Source of the DNA: an uncultured virus (IMG/VR IMGVR_UViG_3300034118_000426)
Lineage: Duplodnaviria; Heunggongvirae; Uroviricota; Caudoviricetes
Strand: one strand, 5' to 3'
IMG/VR virus record: IMGVR_UViG_3300034118_000426
DNA length: 61,152 bases
The notes under the pieces are model-generated. The model worked only from the letters and a program-made list of their open reading frames with translations, did no database searches and had not been told where the DNA came from. Shown in pieces: positions 32,771 through 42,844 of this stretch. A program made the translations under genes and the position numbers. Numbering within the stretch: position 1 is the stretch's first letter; the number at the start of each line of letters is the position of its first letter.

Positions 32771-33074
32771 TTAATTTATCTCCAAATTTTTTCATGTATA
32801 CATCAAGAATTCCATCTTCTGGTTCACCCAAAGCAACTACCGAAGTATATGGAATACGAAATTCTTCTGATTTAGAATACGCAAACCACTTGGTAAAGTT
32901 AATAGAAAATTGAGATGGATTGCCATCTGTATTATAGTCTCCTGTTGGTGCCATATCTAGAATATACGGACACTTAAGAAGTAAACAAATACCCTGACCA
33001 TTTTCATCAGTTACTTCAGAAACTCCAGAGATTATTCTTTCTCCAGAATTTAAAATCATAACTCTCGGAATCAT
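32640..33074 (-). CDS. Hypothetical protein (Sm-like fold?)
   Basis: LNSGERII..LKCPY..W..VVALGEP. Confidence 0.75.
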   Translation of the reverse strand: MIPRVMILNSGERIISGVSEVTDENGQGICLLLKCPYILDMAPTGDYNTDGNPSQFSINFTKWFAYSKSEEFRIPYTSVVALGEPEDGILDVYMKKFGDKLNDNNTVPTSDSSDSSEGSGLSNSGDRRKGRKSRVSSDESVSDS

Positions 33075-33119
33075 ATAATTCTCCTAATGATAATTTGATT
33101 ATAGCACAAAAAAGAAAAT

Positions 33120-33190
33120 AGGGCAAGACTGATAGTTGCCAGTCTCGCCCATCGTGCCGACGATATTTGGGTTGCCCCGCGTCTATTTAT
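33120..33190 (-). ncRNA. Candidate late small RNA / terminator downstream of hsp20
   Basis: ATAAATA, then a GC-rich segment and hairpin GGGCGAGACTG/CAGTCTTGCCC followed by a U-rich run. Confidence 0.4.
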
Positions 33191-33630
33191 CCTTCCGTAA
33201 GTAGTTGCTTACTACCAGATCCAATTTTATACATCGTGCGCTTTTGATGCTCTGGGATAATTTTTTCCAATGAGATTGTTAGTAATCCATCAGCAAAATC
33301 TACAGAGGATACTCTGACATCTTCTGATAGTTGCCAGGAGTGATTGAAGGAACGTTTGGAGAGACCTTTGTGGAGGTATGTTCTTTCAGTATCTCGTTTC
33401 TCAGACTTAGAGGCAACTCTGAGAATGCTTTGTTCTGTAGAGACTTCAATCTCTTCTGGTTTAAATCCAGCAAGAGCGACTTCAATCTCATAGTTAGAGC
33501 TATCATTTTTGATGATGTTGTAAGGTGGATAGTTAGTATTGTGCCCAGACATGGCATCCAGTCTGTTGAAAATGCTTTCTAATCCAACTCCAAATGGGGA
33601 ATAGACATCCCAAGTATATGCGTTTGTCAT
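33187..33630 (-). CDS. hsp20: Small heat-shock protein
   Basis: NYPPYNI; ALAGF; GLSKRSF; DGLLTI. Confidence 0.96.
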   Translation of the reverse strand: MTNAYTWDVYSPFGVGLESIFNRLDAMSGHNTNYPPYNIIKNDSSNYEIEVALAGFKPEEIEVSTEQSILRVASKSEKRDTERTYLHKGLSKRSFNHSWQLSEDVRVSSVDFADGLLTISLEKIIPEHQKRTMYKIGSGSKQLLTEG

Positions 33631-33705
33631 TTTAGTTCTCCTTAATAAGCGAGAGTTTGTTTAAGACCCCGAAGGCGTCTTCATTATTATATATCAGAAA
33701 GCAAT

Positions 33706-33728
33706 AAAAAAGGGAGTGTGGAACTCCC
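33706..33728 (-). terminator. Intrinsic terminator after regA
   Basis: GGGAGT-TCCAC-ACTCCC followed by a U-run. Confidence 0.7.
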
Positions 33729-33735
33729 TACAAAA

Positions 33736-34164
33736 TTATTCGGTTACTTCGGTCTTTTTGCGACCAATGTTGTATTTACTTTCAAGCGTCCATTCATCTT
33801 TCTCTTTGAAAGCAAGAACTTTGATTTGATTCAACGGAGCAACATCAGCGATTGCTTCTGCTTTAACAACAGAAATCAATCCCCAATCGGATAACAGTTG
33901 AATGATTCTGTTTCTACGTTGAACATCATTCACTGAAAGATTTGTATTCTTTCCATCAAGGGCAAACAGCTCCTTGAAGTGAACAATATAATATCTACCT
34001 TGCTTATGAAGAATATGGCAAGATTGGTAGATTTTCTTTTCTTTACGAGATGCTACACCGATACGGGTTAAGGTCTCACGAACTTTGAGGAAATCATCAG
34101 GTTCATTGAGAGTCACCTCAACCATATCAGCTTGCTTCCATTCTACTTCAATATCAGGAGTCAT
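33736..34164 (-). CDS. regA: Translational repressor RegA
   Basis: DDFLKVRETLTRIG; CHILHKQG; HFKELF. Confidence 0.97.
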   Translation of the reverse strand: MTPDIEVEWKQADMVEVTLNEPDDFLKVRETLTRIGVASRKEKKIYQSCHILHKQGRYYIVHFKELFALDGKNTNLSVNDVQRRNRIIQLLSDWGLISVVKAEAIADVAPLNQIKVLAFKEKDEWTLESKYNIGRKKTEVTE

Positions 34165-34547
34165 TTCTTTCCACCTTTGTCTACAAGTTTTTTAATGTGT
34201 TCAAGTTGATCTTTTGATAAAATTCTCAATGCCTGTAGAGCTTTATCGTCGTTATAACCATAATACTCCTTAATCGCATCAAGGTATTCTACTTGAGATT
34301 TTTTCGCCCACGGCGAAAACCGCTTGCGCGGGTTGATACTATTTATAAAAAAGTCATACTGTAACTTCTTGTCCAAGTGAGGATACATATTCATCTCATT
34401 AGCAAAAAGAACTGTATCGTGAAAAGCAGCAAGACACTTGTTGACGATAAAAGGTGGATATGCTTTTTCAGATTCCTCGTCAATAACTACCGACTTCTTG
34501 TTTTGATTTATTGAGTTCAAATATTCCGTTAGAGATGGTTTCGTCAT
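34161..34547 (-). CDS. g62: Clamp loader small subunit (gp62)
   Basis: YPPFIVNK; ANEMN; RKRFSPW. Confidence 0.93.
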   Translation of the reverse strand: MTKPSLTEYLNSINQNKKSVVIDEESEKAYPPFIVNKCLAAFHDTVLFANEMNMYPHLDKKLQYDFFINSINPRKRFSPWAKKSQVEYLDAIKEYYGYNDDKALQALRILSKDQLEHIKKLVDKGGKK

Positions 34548-35370
34548 AGTTAGTAATCAATAGTTCAGCGCGGTCTTTTTGCTCGTTCATGTAGTCACCC
34601 ACTGAACGCATAGTATAGGTCAAATCCCATTTGGTTTGATAGTAACCATCATACCACTCTACGAGAGTTGGGTTGGTATTGTAAGTAATCATCCACTTAT
34701 CTTTTACATTCCCCTGAGTAATCCAAGCATGAAACTCTTCGTGATTGAATCCTTTGTGTAGCTCTCCTTTCTTTCCATAAAGATTATCTTTGATATCGTA
34801 AGGAGGGTCAAAGAACCAGAATGTACCTACAGGAGCAGAAGTCATCATCATATCCCAGTAAGGACCACAAGTAATCTTCCAGTTCTGAACTAGTTCAGAA
34901 TATTTGGGAAGGTTTTCAATACCTCGCATAGTAAAGTTATGGTCACTTGCTTGTGGAGAGAATGAAGATGATTCAGTCAGACCAGAGAAACTACACTTGT
35001 TAACCACATAGAAAGCAGCAGCTCTACAAAGTTCTGGTTTCTCACTATCGTTCAGATCTTCTTTACAGTAGTTAAAAAGTTCCCTGGCAGTATCTGGTGT
35101 TGAGTGTTCTTTCTTGTATGCCTCCAGGAGAACAAACAATCCATCAGGTCTTGTCTGTAGCATCTGCCAGAAGTTTACCAAGGGTTCATAAAGATCATTC
35201 ACCCACACAGGAATGTCAGGGTATTCTTTTGTGAACGCGATTGCTACACTGCCACCACCAAGAAAAGGTTCACGATATTCAGTAGCATCCTTAGGCATCC
35301 TAGGGAGGAGGTATTTCATGGCACGAGATTTGCCACCAGGATAACGAAGAGGGGTCTTTAGTGATTTCAT
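34480..35370 (-). CDS. dam: DNA adenine methyltransferase (Dam/D12 family)
   Basis: LRYPGGKS; EPFLGGGSV; DPPY. Confidence 0.92.
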   Translation of the reverse strand: MKSLKTPLRYPGGKSRAMKYLLPRMPKDATEYREPFLGGGSVAIAFTKEYPDIPVWVNDLYEPLVNFWQMLQTRPDGLFVLLEAYKKEHSTPDTARELFNYCKEDLNDSEKPELCRAAAFYVVNKCSFSGLTESSSFSPQASDHNFTMRGIENLPKYSELVQNWKITCGPYWDMMMTSAPVGTFWFFDPPYDIKDNLYGKKGELHKGFNHEEFHAWITQGNVKDKWMITYNTNPTLVEWYDGYYQTKWDLTYTMRSVGDYMNEQKDRAELLITNYDETISNGIFELNKSKQEVGSY

Positions 35371-36311
35371 TTAAACTTACACTCCACCATGATTTCAGTT
35401 AGACAAGCGAGAAGGTTAATCTCTTGGTCTGCCACAAAGGCAATCTGATACTGATACTTAGCAAGCACCAACACAGCAGGAGGAATAGAAGAACCTTCCA
35501 GCACTTCACTAAGAGCATTGTAGATTTTGCGAATGATAGTGTTGGGATCACTATCCATATTATCTACAACCCACTGACGAACAACATTATATTCCTTACC
35601 TTTCATCGCTCGCATGGGCTGGTCAATATTAACGTCAGCAATATCACAGAGCACAGCAGAGTCAAGGGAACCGCTTGCTGAGTGGCGCTGTGCTTCGTTC
35701 AGAAGACGCCTCCAATCGGGGTAGTAACGCTGAATCAGTTTGACCAGCACCTTGTCCTCATACGCCACGCCAGAGGCGTCTAGGATGCCCTGTAAGCGGG
35801 CGAAAAACGCCGCTTGGAGTTTCTGCTGCTCGCCCGCTTTGGTGCGGAAGTCAACGACGGTACAACGGGAATGGAGGGGTTCGACAATCTTGTTGATGAA
35901 GTTACAGGTGAAAATGAAACGGCAGTTGCTATGAAACTCTTCAACAAATGCGCGAAGAGAAAGCTGAACATCATGTGTTGTGTTATCTGCCTCATCAATG
36001 ATAACAACTTTATGTTTACCACCACCAGTGAGACTGATAGTTGATGCGAACTGTTTAACTTTGTTTCGAATCGTGTCAAGGAAACGACCTTCATCAGAAC
36101 CATTAATGACAATGTAACTAAGGTCAAGTTCTTCACACAATGCTTTGGCAACTGTAGTTTTGCCAACGCCAGGGGGACCAGACAGAAGGAGATTAGCAAT
36201 CTCTCCCTGCTCTACAAATCCAGTAAATACTTTCTTTAACGAATCAGGGAGGATACAGTCTTCAATAGTATGAGGACGATATTCCTCCACCCACAGAAAT
36301 TTTTTCATCAA
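35367..36311 (-). CDS. g44: Clamp loader large subunit (gp44)
   Basis: LWVEEYRP; GPPGVGKTT; IIDEAD; LHSRC. Confidence 0.96.
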   Translation of the reverse strand: MMKKFLWVEEYRPHTIEDCILPDSLKKVFTGFVEQGEIANLLLSGPPGVGKTTVAKALCEELDLSYIVINGSDEGRFLDTIRNKVKQFASTISLTGGGKHKVVIIDEADNTTHDVQLSLRAFVEEFHSNCRFIFTCNFINKIVEPLHSRCTVVDFRTKAGEQQKLQAAFFARLQGILDASGVAYEDKVLVKLIQRYYPDWRRLLNEAQRHSASGSLDSAVLCDIADVNIDQPMRAMKGKEYNVVRQWVVDNMDSDPNTIIRKIYNALSEVLEGSSIPPAVLVLAKYQYQIAFVADQEINLLACLTEIMVECKFK

Positions 36312-36970
36312 GGTTCAAGCGCAATGTAATATGTAACGTCAAGGTTTAGATGCTTCCACTCAGAAATGTGATGCTTAGAAACACCAACCACATAGTCACC
36401 TTGAAGGAGGCGAATATTCTCAACCTTTAGGTCAAGAGAATGCGTTCCTTCGAAAGTTCCAGGAACAACAATATCATACGTGTTGGAAGTTGACACTTCA
36501 TTATCACGCACTGAAAGAACAATCTCTTCATCAGAACTGATGTTCAAATCAGGCAGTTTGTAAATACCAGTTGCTTTCTGAATAGCAGCGATATCAGAAG
36601 CAGACAGAGTAAACTGAATATCTGAACCAGGATACTTTACCGATTTGTCGGGAGCAGTCTTGAGCGTAATCTCAGGATCTGAAAAATAGTATTTGACACG
36701 GCTACGTCCGTCTTTGATAGTAACATAATCAGCATTGTCAAAGACCAGAGAAGGATTGTCAAACAAACTAAGACCAGCGAGAAACTGATTGAGATCATAA
36801 ATCGCAAAAGTCCGAGGAAAAGACTCTTCCACATTTGCCGCAGCCAAGATATTTTCAGCGTTGGAAATGGTTCGTAATGTGTTTCCCTTTTTGATAATAA
36901 TGCCATTGTTAATCGTGGCGAAGTTTTTTAGAATATTCAGAGTAGTTTGGGAAAGTGCGACTGTGCTCAT
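36308..36970 (-). CDS. g45: Sliding clamp (gp45)
   Basis: LKNFATIN; FAIYDLNQFL; YYIALE. Confidence 0.95.
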   Translation of the reverse strand: MSTVALSQTTLNILKNFATINNGIIIKKGNTLRTISNAENILAAANVEESFPRTFAIYDLNQFLAGLSLFDNPSLVFDNADYVTIKDGRSRVKYYFSDPEITLKTAPDKSVKYPGSDIQFTLSASDIAAIQKATGIYKLPDLNISSDEEIVLSVRDNEVSTSNTYDIVVPGTFEGTHSLDLKVENIRLLQGDYVVGVSKHHISEWKHLNLDVTYYIALEP

Positions 36971-37275
36971 TTAAACTCCTGTAGACCGTTCTGTGTACGA
37001 CTGTAGTGACCATCAAAGTTAAGCAGAAGCATAGCATAGTGAATTACTTTGAGTAGGTCACGTTTGTTGCGACCATCCTTATCTCCGTAGCGACTGCCGT
37101 ATTTTAAAATGTTTGCTTGACAGAAAGGAGCAGCGAGTTTTTTTGCTGCCATTAGATCAATTGTTTGAATATCATCGTATCCTTCTTCATCACCACAGTA
37201 ATGTCCGTGGTAGGTAGTCACAACATAATCCTCAACGTCTTTGAGAATTTTGTCTTCATTGTATTTCCATTGCAT
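36967..37275 (-). CDS. Conserved phage protein (DUF3310-like)
   Basis: HY..QTID..ANILKYGSRYG..DLLKVIHY. Confidence 0.75.
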   Translation of the reverse strand: MQWKYNEDKILKDVEDYVVTTYHGHYCGDEEGYDDIQTIDLMAAKKLAAPFCQANILKYGSRYGDKDGRNKRDLLKVIHYAMLLLNFDGHYSRTQNGLQEFK

Positions 37276-37277
37276 AA

Positions 37278-37484
37278 TTAAAATTCCTTGATAACAGAAT
37301 CTATTTGGTTAGTATAGCACTTTGAGGAGTAAGAGTCAACACCCCCCATGCCATTTGGATATCGAATACCAAGATAGCAGTCAACATCTTTACCACTATG
37401 ATATTCAGTAATTTTACAGTAAACTAAAAAAACACCCCCATTTTTAAGATGGATGAGGGTGTGACGAGGAAGATTATCAAACAT
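37278..37484 (-). CDS. Hypothetical protein
   Basis: Coupled to the cobS stop. Confidence 0.55.
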   Translation of the reverse strand: MFDNLPRHTLIHLKNGGVFLVYCKITEYHSGKDVDCYLGIRYPNGMGGVDSYSSKCYTNQIDSVIKEF

Positions 37485-38578
37485 CAGGATTCAATAGTCA
37501 GTTCAGGTTCAGTGGTTTCAGTCTTAGGAGCATCAATGGAAGCATCAATCTTGGTGTAAAGCTCCATGAAGGATTGCTTAGTCTCATCATCAAAACGAGC
37601 AATACACACTTCGATTGCTTTCTTGCGCTTGCCGAAGATGCTGAAGGCACGAATAACGTGAACCAGACGACGGGTAGAGATGATTTCATCAACACCACCA
37701 TCGTAGAAAGTCTTACGAATGATTTCCGCCCAAGCAACCAAACGGTCAACGAATTCTGAATCGTAAGCATTCAGAGACTCAGAAGCTTTCTTAAGAATGG
37801 CAGTTTCAACCTTAGGAGTAGGATATGCCTGCTCAAAGGTCACAGGAAAACGCTCAAGGAATGCCTCGTTAAGCACGTTGGTGCCGATGAAGCGACCATC
37901 ATCGCTACCCTTACCTTTGGTGTTAGCAGTAGCTACCACATTAAAACCAGCAGCAGGTTTGACATACTTACCAATCTTCTTAAGGAAGACACCCTTACCC
38001 TCAAGCACAGACTGGAGACAGAGGATTTTGTTAGAGGCAAGGTCAATCTCATCCAACAGCAGAATAGCGCCACGGTTGAGTGCTTGCACCACAGGTCCAT
38101 CATGCCACACAGTCTCACCGTTAACGAGACGGAAACCACCAATCAGATCATCCTCATCGGTTTCGATGGTGATGTTAACACGAATCAACTCACGCTTCAG
38201 TTGAGCACAAGCTTGCTCCACACCGAAAGTTTTACCATTGCCAGAGAGACCAGTGATGAAGATAGGGTAATACTGACGAGAAGAAATAATCTTCTTAACA
38301 TCACTAAAGTTACCAAAGCTGACGAAGGTAGCATCTTTCGCAGGAATAAAGTTTTCAGGATTTTCGACCACAGATTCTACAGCAGGTTGACTATAAGTTT
38401 GCTCCAGTTGCTCAATCGCAGTCAGGTGCCACATGCCGCGATGCACCTTAAACTGCTCCAGTTTCTTGGCGAGAGTCTGATAAGACATACCAATCTCATC
38501 AGCATAAGCACGAAGGTCAGCAGCAGTAACGACAGGACCGAAACGCTCGATGATGGGGGCGACTTCAAAGTTTTTCAT
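37484..38578 (-). CDS. cobS: CobS-like MoxR AAA+ ATPase
   Basis: GLSGNGKT; LLDEID; NEAFLERF; promoter TTGCGC-N17-TATAAT upstream of the ATG at 38578. Confidence 0.92.
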   Translation of the reverse strand: MKNFEVAPIIERFGPVVTAADLRAYADEIGMSYQTLAKKLEQFKVHRGMWHLTAIEQLEQTYSQPAVESVVENPENFIPAKDATFVSFGNFSDVKKIISSRQYYPIFITGLSGNGKTFGVEQACAQLKRELIRVNITIETDEDDLIGGFRLVNGETVWHDGPVVQALNRGAILLLDEIDLASNKILCLQSVLEGKGVFLKKIGKYVKPAAGFNVVATANTKGKGSDDGRFIGTNVLNEAFLERFPVTFEQAYPTPKVETAILKKASESLNAYDSEFVDRLVAWAEIIRKTFYDGGVDEIISTRRLVHVIRAFSIFGKRKKAIEVCIARFDDETKQSFMELYTKIDASIDAPKTETTEPELTIES

Positions 38579-38649
38579 GGTGTGGGTTGTTTCGTATGTA
38601 AGTATTATAGGGGAAAGAGGGTGGGGGCGCAAGCCCCCAAGTGATTAGG

Positions 38650-40791
38650 TTAACTAATGAGTGTGGCAAAGGAAGTCAGCATTTTCTTATTGACGCCTTT
38701 CTTAGCAAGTGCCGTGGTGAATGCCTTGCCGATTTCTTTCTCAGAAGCATCTTCAGCAACTTCAAATTCGCTATTCGCAGATAGCGAATCGGTGCCCATC
38801 AGATAGAGTGCCTGATAACCAAGATGCTCAACCAGCTCAGCAGACTTAGTTTTCTTCCATTGCTTCTGAACTTCATTCCAATCGGTTTTACAATCTTCAG
38901 CATTGTAGGTGGTGTTAAGACCACGACCATTCACCAGACGAATACCAATCAGGTTTACATCCGAGAAACGATCACGCACATTCTGGAGAAATACTTTGGT
39001 GATAAGATCCGAGTTACCATAGTAACCTCCATCACTAAAGCGAGGATATACGCGACCAGTTTTACGGTCACGCAGAATACAATCATTACTCACATAGCTG
39101 GTGCCAAGACGGCTACCGTAAGTCTGATCGGTGTAGTAATTGATATTGGAAGATTCGCCGTCAGTCAAAATAATAACGTTAGTCTTTTGAACCTTGTTAC
39201 GCTTCTGAAAGTCGGGGATAAGTGCGGTCAGAGAAATTGCTGCTTCATGAAGAGGAGTGCCAGAAAGACTATATCCAGCAGGCATAGAGTAACCAGAGTA
39301 ACTACCGTTGCCAACAACAAGACGCCAGAAGTTTTTAAGTTGTGCTTCAAGGTCTTTACCGTTTCGCCCATTGCTGCTAACAAGATTCAGCATATTGAAA
39401 TGGTCACACAGTTTAACTTGACCAGCCTTAGGAGTCTGAAGGCGAGGAGATTTGTTGCGAGTTTGAGTCTGATAATCGTAGGATTTGTGATACCAATAAT
39501 CATTGGTAAAGGCATAGATGTCAAAAGGAATCTGAACTTTCTTACAGAACCAAGCAAGGTTGAGAAGTTGCTTAGCAGTATCCTGAAGAATGTTGCCCAT
39601 CGAACCAGACCAATCGAGAACAAAAATCAAACCGTGATTCTTACCGTCAGGCACCACATTGATTTTCTTGAATACATCTTCATTCCACTTGTAAGTGTGA
39701 AGAAGTGCCGTATCAAGGATACCAGTCTTGGCAGTAGATGCACGGGCATACTGATCTGCCGACTTACGCATTTCAAACTCTTTCACAAGGTAGTTAACCT
39801 CACGTTGAGCTTCACTACGAAAAGTAAGATACTGTTTGTCAACTTCCCTAAAGAGAGATTGCGATTGCTCGCCAAAAGTTTGATTACAATCTTCTTGAAC
39901 TTCTTTATTAGTAATAACAAATTTTTCTACTTTCAAATCAGGCAACTCAATATAGTTGAGATGATGAGAACGAGGGTGGTCACTAATCAGTTGTTTCTGA
40001 TTCTCAGTGAATGCCTTGTCAGTTTCAGACTCAAGTGTATTGTGTTGACCACCAGAAGTAGCTCCTTCACCCGCACCTTGAGGTTGATTAGCATCAGCAC
40101 CGTCACCTTGAGTTTGATTACCATTGCCAGACACTTCTTGCGGTTGCTCGCCTTCGCCTTGATCACCCTCACCTTGAGTGGAATCACCCCCACCTTGAGT
40201 AGATTGCTGAAGGTCGGGTTGTGCTTCTACAACCTGCTGTTGCTCCTGTTCTTGAGTATATTGAAGAATCTTACGAGCAACTTCTACAACTTGCTCAAAG
40301 GTTTCGGCATTAGCAAGCTCATCCACCAGCATCTTCTCTTCAGTATTCCAAGCAAACACTTCACCAGCATGAATGCCAATCTTAAAGTAAAGATTCACAC
40401 GGTCAATCAGAGCATAAGAATCTAACTCACGGTCACCAATACAGAAGAAATCATCATCTTGTAGCTCTTTGTAACCAGCATAGAAGTTACGAGCAAGACC
40501 AGGAAACTTACGTTTCATCAGTTTCTCAATACGAGCATCCTCACACACATTCAGGTAGGATTGAGGAATGCCATAATCATCACCCCATTTGTCGGGGGTA
40601 TACAGAGCGTGACCGACTTCATGCCCAACCAGCATATCGTATACGTTGGCAGATGCTTTCTCCCACATAGGCAGGGTCAGCACACGATCCTTCACGTTAA
40701 ACATCGCCGTCTCAACAGGGCGGTGCTCTACGATCAGGTTTTCGGTAGCAAGAAGGCGAGCGAGATTGCCCTTGACTTCGGCGTTGAACAT
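38650..40791 (-). CDS. CobT-like metallopeptidase/VWA protein
   Basis: HEVGH; NVCEDARIE; acidic linker; DWSGSM; GTPL; LTDGE. Confidence 0.88.
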   Translation of the reverse strand: MFNAEVKGNLARLLATENLIVEHRPVETAMFNVKDRVLTLPMWEKASANVYDMLVGHEVGHALYTPDKWGDDYGIPQSYLNVCEDARIEKLMKRKFPGLARNFYAGYKELQDDDFFCIGDRELDSYALIDRVNLYFKIGIHAGEVFAWNTEEKMLVDELANAETFEQVVEVARKILQYTQEQEQQQVVEAQPDLQQSTQGGGDSTQGEGDQGEGEQPQEVSGNGNQTQGDGADANQPQGAGEGATSGGQHNTLESETDKAFTENQKQLISDHPRSHHLNYIELPDLKVEKFVITNKEVQEDCNQTFGEQSQSLFREVDKQYLTFRSEAQREVNYLVKEFEMRKSADQYARASTAKTGILDTALLHTYKWNEDVFKKINVVPDGKNHGLIFVLDWSGSMGNILQDTAKQLLNLAWFCKKVQIPFDIYAFTNDYWYHKSYDYQTQTRNKSPRLQTPKAGQVKLCDHFNMLNLVSSNGRNGKDLEAQLKNFWRLVVGNGSYSGYSMPAGYSLSGTPLHEAAISLTALIPDFQKRNKVQKTNVIILTDGESSNINYYTDQTYGSRLGTSYVSNDCILRDRKTGRVYPRFSDGGYYGNSDLITKVFLQNVRDRFSDVNLIGIRLVNGRGLNTTYNAEDCKTDWNEVQKQWKKTKSAELVEHLGYQALYLMGTDSLSANSEFEVAEDASEKEIGKAFTTALAKKGVNKKMLTSFATLIS

Positions 40792-40854
40792 CGGTCTCTT
40801 TCGTTGATGAATCAACTATACATCAAAAGGGGTGCCGAAGCAACCCCTCTTAAG

Positions 40855-42579
40855 TTATTCTAATGTCTCTTCCGTGACGTATGAGAAATTCTTATGCTTC
40901 TCAAATCGTAGGCAGCGGTCAAACTTGTCTGCCATATTGTCTCGATGAGAGATAACAAACACATTTGTTTTGTCATCAAAGGTTTTAAGAATCCACCCAA
41001 GATCGCTGTTACCAGATTGATCTAGTGAACCGTCAAAGATTTCATCAAGGATTAGAAGATTAGTATCCACGCTATTCTTAAGTTTAGCAACACTACGCCA
41101 AGTAAGCAGCAGAGCAATATCAATTCTAGCCTTTTCGCCCTCAGAAAAAGATTCATAACTAAATTCATCTCTGTAACGTGATTTGATTACTTCTTCAAAA
41201 CTTTCGTTAAGCATAAACGATGCTGGAAACTCCATCTTATCAAGGTAATCATTGATAAGCTTGTTCATCGTTGGAAGGTATTTTTTGATGATCCTCGTTT
41301 TGATGCCCGAGTCTTTGAGGAGTTGCGCCGCCGTGAGTAGGCAGTCTTTTTCTTCTTTTGTTTCAGAAATCGTTTCTTGGATTCGCTTCCCGTCCTCGCT
41401 GAGCGATTTAAGTATTGAAAACTGCTCTCGTTGACTGACATCTGAATCCCGCAGTTTTCTGATGTCGTCGTCCAGTTCTTCAATTCGTTTATGAAGTGAC
41501 TTAATTTCATTATTGAGTTGTCTGTTCTTTAGATTGAGTTCGTTTATTTCATCAATCAAAAGAATAAAGGTATCTTCTTTACTTTGGAGATCGGAAAGTT
41601 GTTGTCCCAAATCAGACACACCTTTCTCCACCTCAGCAAGTTTATCCGAGAGAAGCGCGATCTTCTCTTGTTTAAAATGCTCTTCGATACTCTGACCGCA
41701 TGTTGGGCAAGTATCATTCTCCTCAAAGAATTTTTTCTCTTTTGTGTGAGACTTTCGTTTGGTTGACAATTTTTCTTTGATCGTAGTGATCTTAGATATC
41801 GTTGCTTTAAGCGTCTGCGTGTCTGAAATGGCAGCGGTCTTAATGTTGATTTCCTTGTCGTTATTGAGGATTTCTGTTTCATGATTTAGAGATTCTGTTA
41901 ACAGAGTTTCTTTCTTGTTCTCTTTTTCTTGAATGTCTTCTTTATTCTTTTTCTCAATTTCAAGCATAAACTGTTTCTGCATATCAATCTTTTCTTTGAC
42001 AAGAGACAGTTTATACTCGTGATCTTTTAATTCGTCGTTAATTACTTTAATCTTTTCTTTGAGATTGACATTCATTGTCGAGAAGATTTGAATGTCAAGA
42101 ATGTCTTCAATGATTTCTCTACGAGCTGCCAATGGAAGACGCATAAATGGCACAAAGGTAGATGACCCGAGCACCACAATCTGAGTAAATGATTTGTAAT
42201 TCATTTTCAGAATAGTTTGCTCAAAATGTTTTTGCTGATCTACAGCAGAAGAATCTTGATTGAGTAGCGCACCATTCTGGTAAATTTCAAACTTCGCTGG
42301 TTTAATACCACGAATCACTTTGTATTTATTATTACCAATATTAAAATTAACTTCTACAACACAATCACTTTGATTAATGGAGTTGAGAAGTTGTGGTTTG
42401 TTAATTTTTCTAAATGGTTTACCAAACAACGAAAAAGTGAGGGCATCGAGAATGGTGGATTTACCAGCACCATTGCTCCCCACAATCAAACTACTTTTAG
42501 TGTCAGTAAGAGATACTTCAGTAAACTGAGCACCAGTAGACAGAAAATTTTTCCATTTAATGGTTTTGAATATAATCAT
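40855..42579 (-). CDS. g46: Recombination endonuclease SbcC/Rad50-like subunit (gp46)
   Basis: GSNGAGKST; CPTC hook; FSEGE; LDEIFD. Confidence 0.96.
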   Translation of the reverse strand: MIIFKTIKWKNFLSTGAQFTEVSLTDTKSSLIVGSNGAGKSTILDALTFSLFGKPFRKINKPQLLNSINQSDCVVEVNFNIGNNKYKVIRGIKPAKFEIYQNGALLNQDSSAVDQQKHFEQTILKMNYKSFTQIVVLGSSTFVPFMRLPLAARREIIEDILDIQIFSTMNVNLKEKIKVINDELKDHEYKLSLVKEKIDMQKQFMLEIEKKNKEDIQEKENKKETLLTESLNHETEILNNDKEINIKTAAISDTQTLKATISKITTIKEKLSTKRKSHTKEKKFFEENDTCPTCGQSIEEHFKQEKIALLSDKLAEVEKGVSDLGQQLSDLQSKEDTFILLIDEINELNLKNRQLNNEIKSLHKRIEELDDDIRKLRDSDVSQREQFSILKSLSEDGKRIQETISETKEEKDCLLTAAQLLKDSGIKTRIIKKYLPTMNKLINDYLDKMEFPASFMLNESFEEVIKSRYRDEFSYESFSEGEKARIDIALLLTWRSVAKLKNSVDTNLLILDEIFDGSLDQSGNSDLGWILKTFDDKTNVFVISHRDNMADKFDRCLRFEKHKNFSYVTEETLE

Positions 42580-42844
42580 AATCTCTGGGGGGAACAATAA
42601 TGTCGTCGGGTTCAATAATAGTGTACTTCATCCCTTTCATTTCACACACTTGTATTCCAGCTTTTGGATCTACTTCGTGAGTTGTAAGAGGGGGTAGAGT
42701 TCCTTCGTAGTCGTTTGCCTCAAGCAAACCAAGATACCTCTCGGCATCTTCTTCTTCTTTGAAAAAGTATACCACATGATCACCCTCGTCGTCAACAACC
42801 GAATAAACTCCATCTGAATGTTCGGCAAGGGTGATAAGAAACAT
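42557..42844 (-). CDS. Cyanophage-type hypothetical protein
   Basis: FKEEEDAERY..DDIIVPP. Confidence 0.8.
   Translation of the reverse strand: MFLITLAEHSDGVYSVVDDEGDHVVYFFKEEEDAERYLGLLEANDYEGTLPPLTTHEVDPKAGIQVCEMKGMKYTIIEPDDIIVPPRDYDYIQNH

Noticed and set aside
38824..40425. 533-aa plus-strand ORF
   Set aside because: Antisense shadow of the CobT-like gene, explained by codon bias; no recognisable motifs
37484..40791. cobS/cobT-like pair as cobalamin biosynthesis genes
   Set aside because: A MoxR ATPase plus VWA partner is common in T4-like cyanophages, and no other cob genes are present in the window
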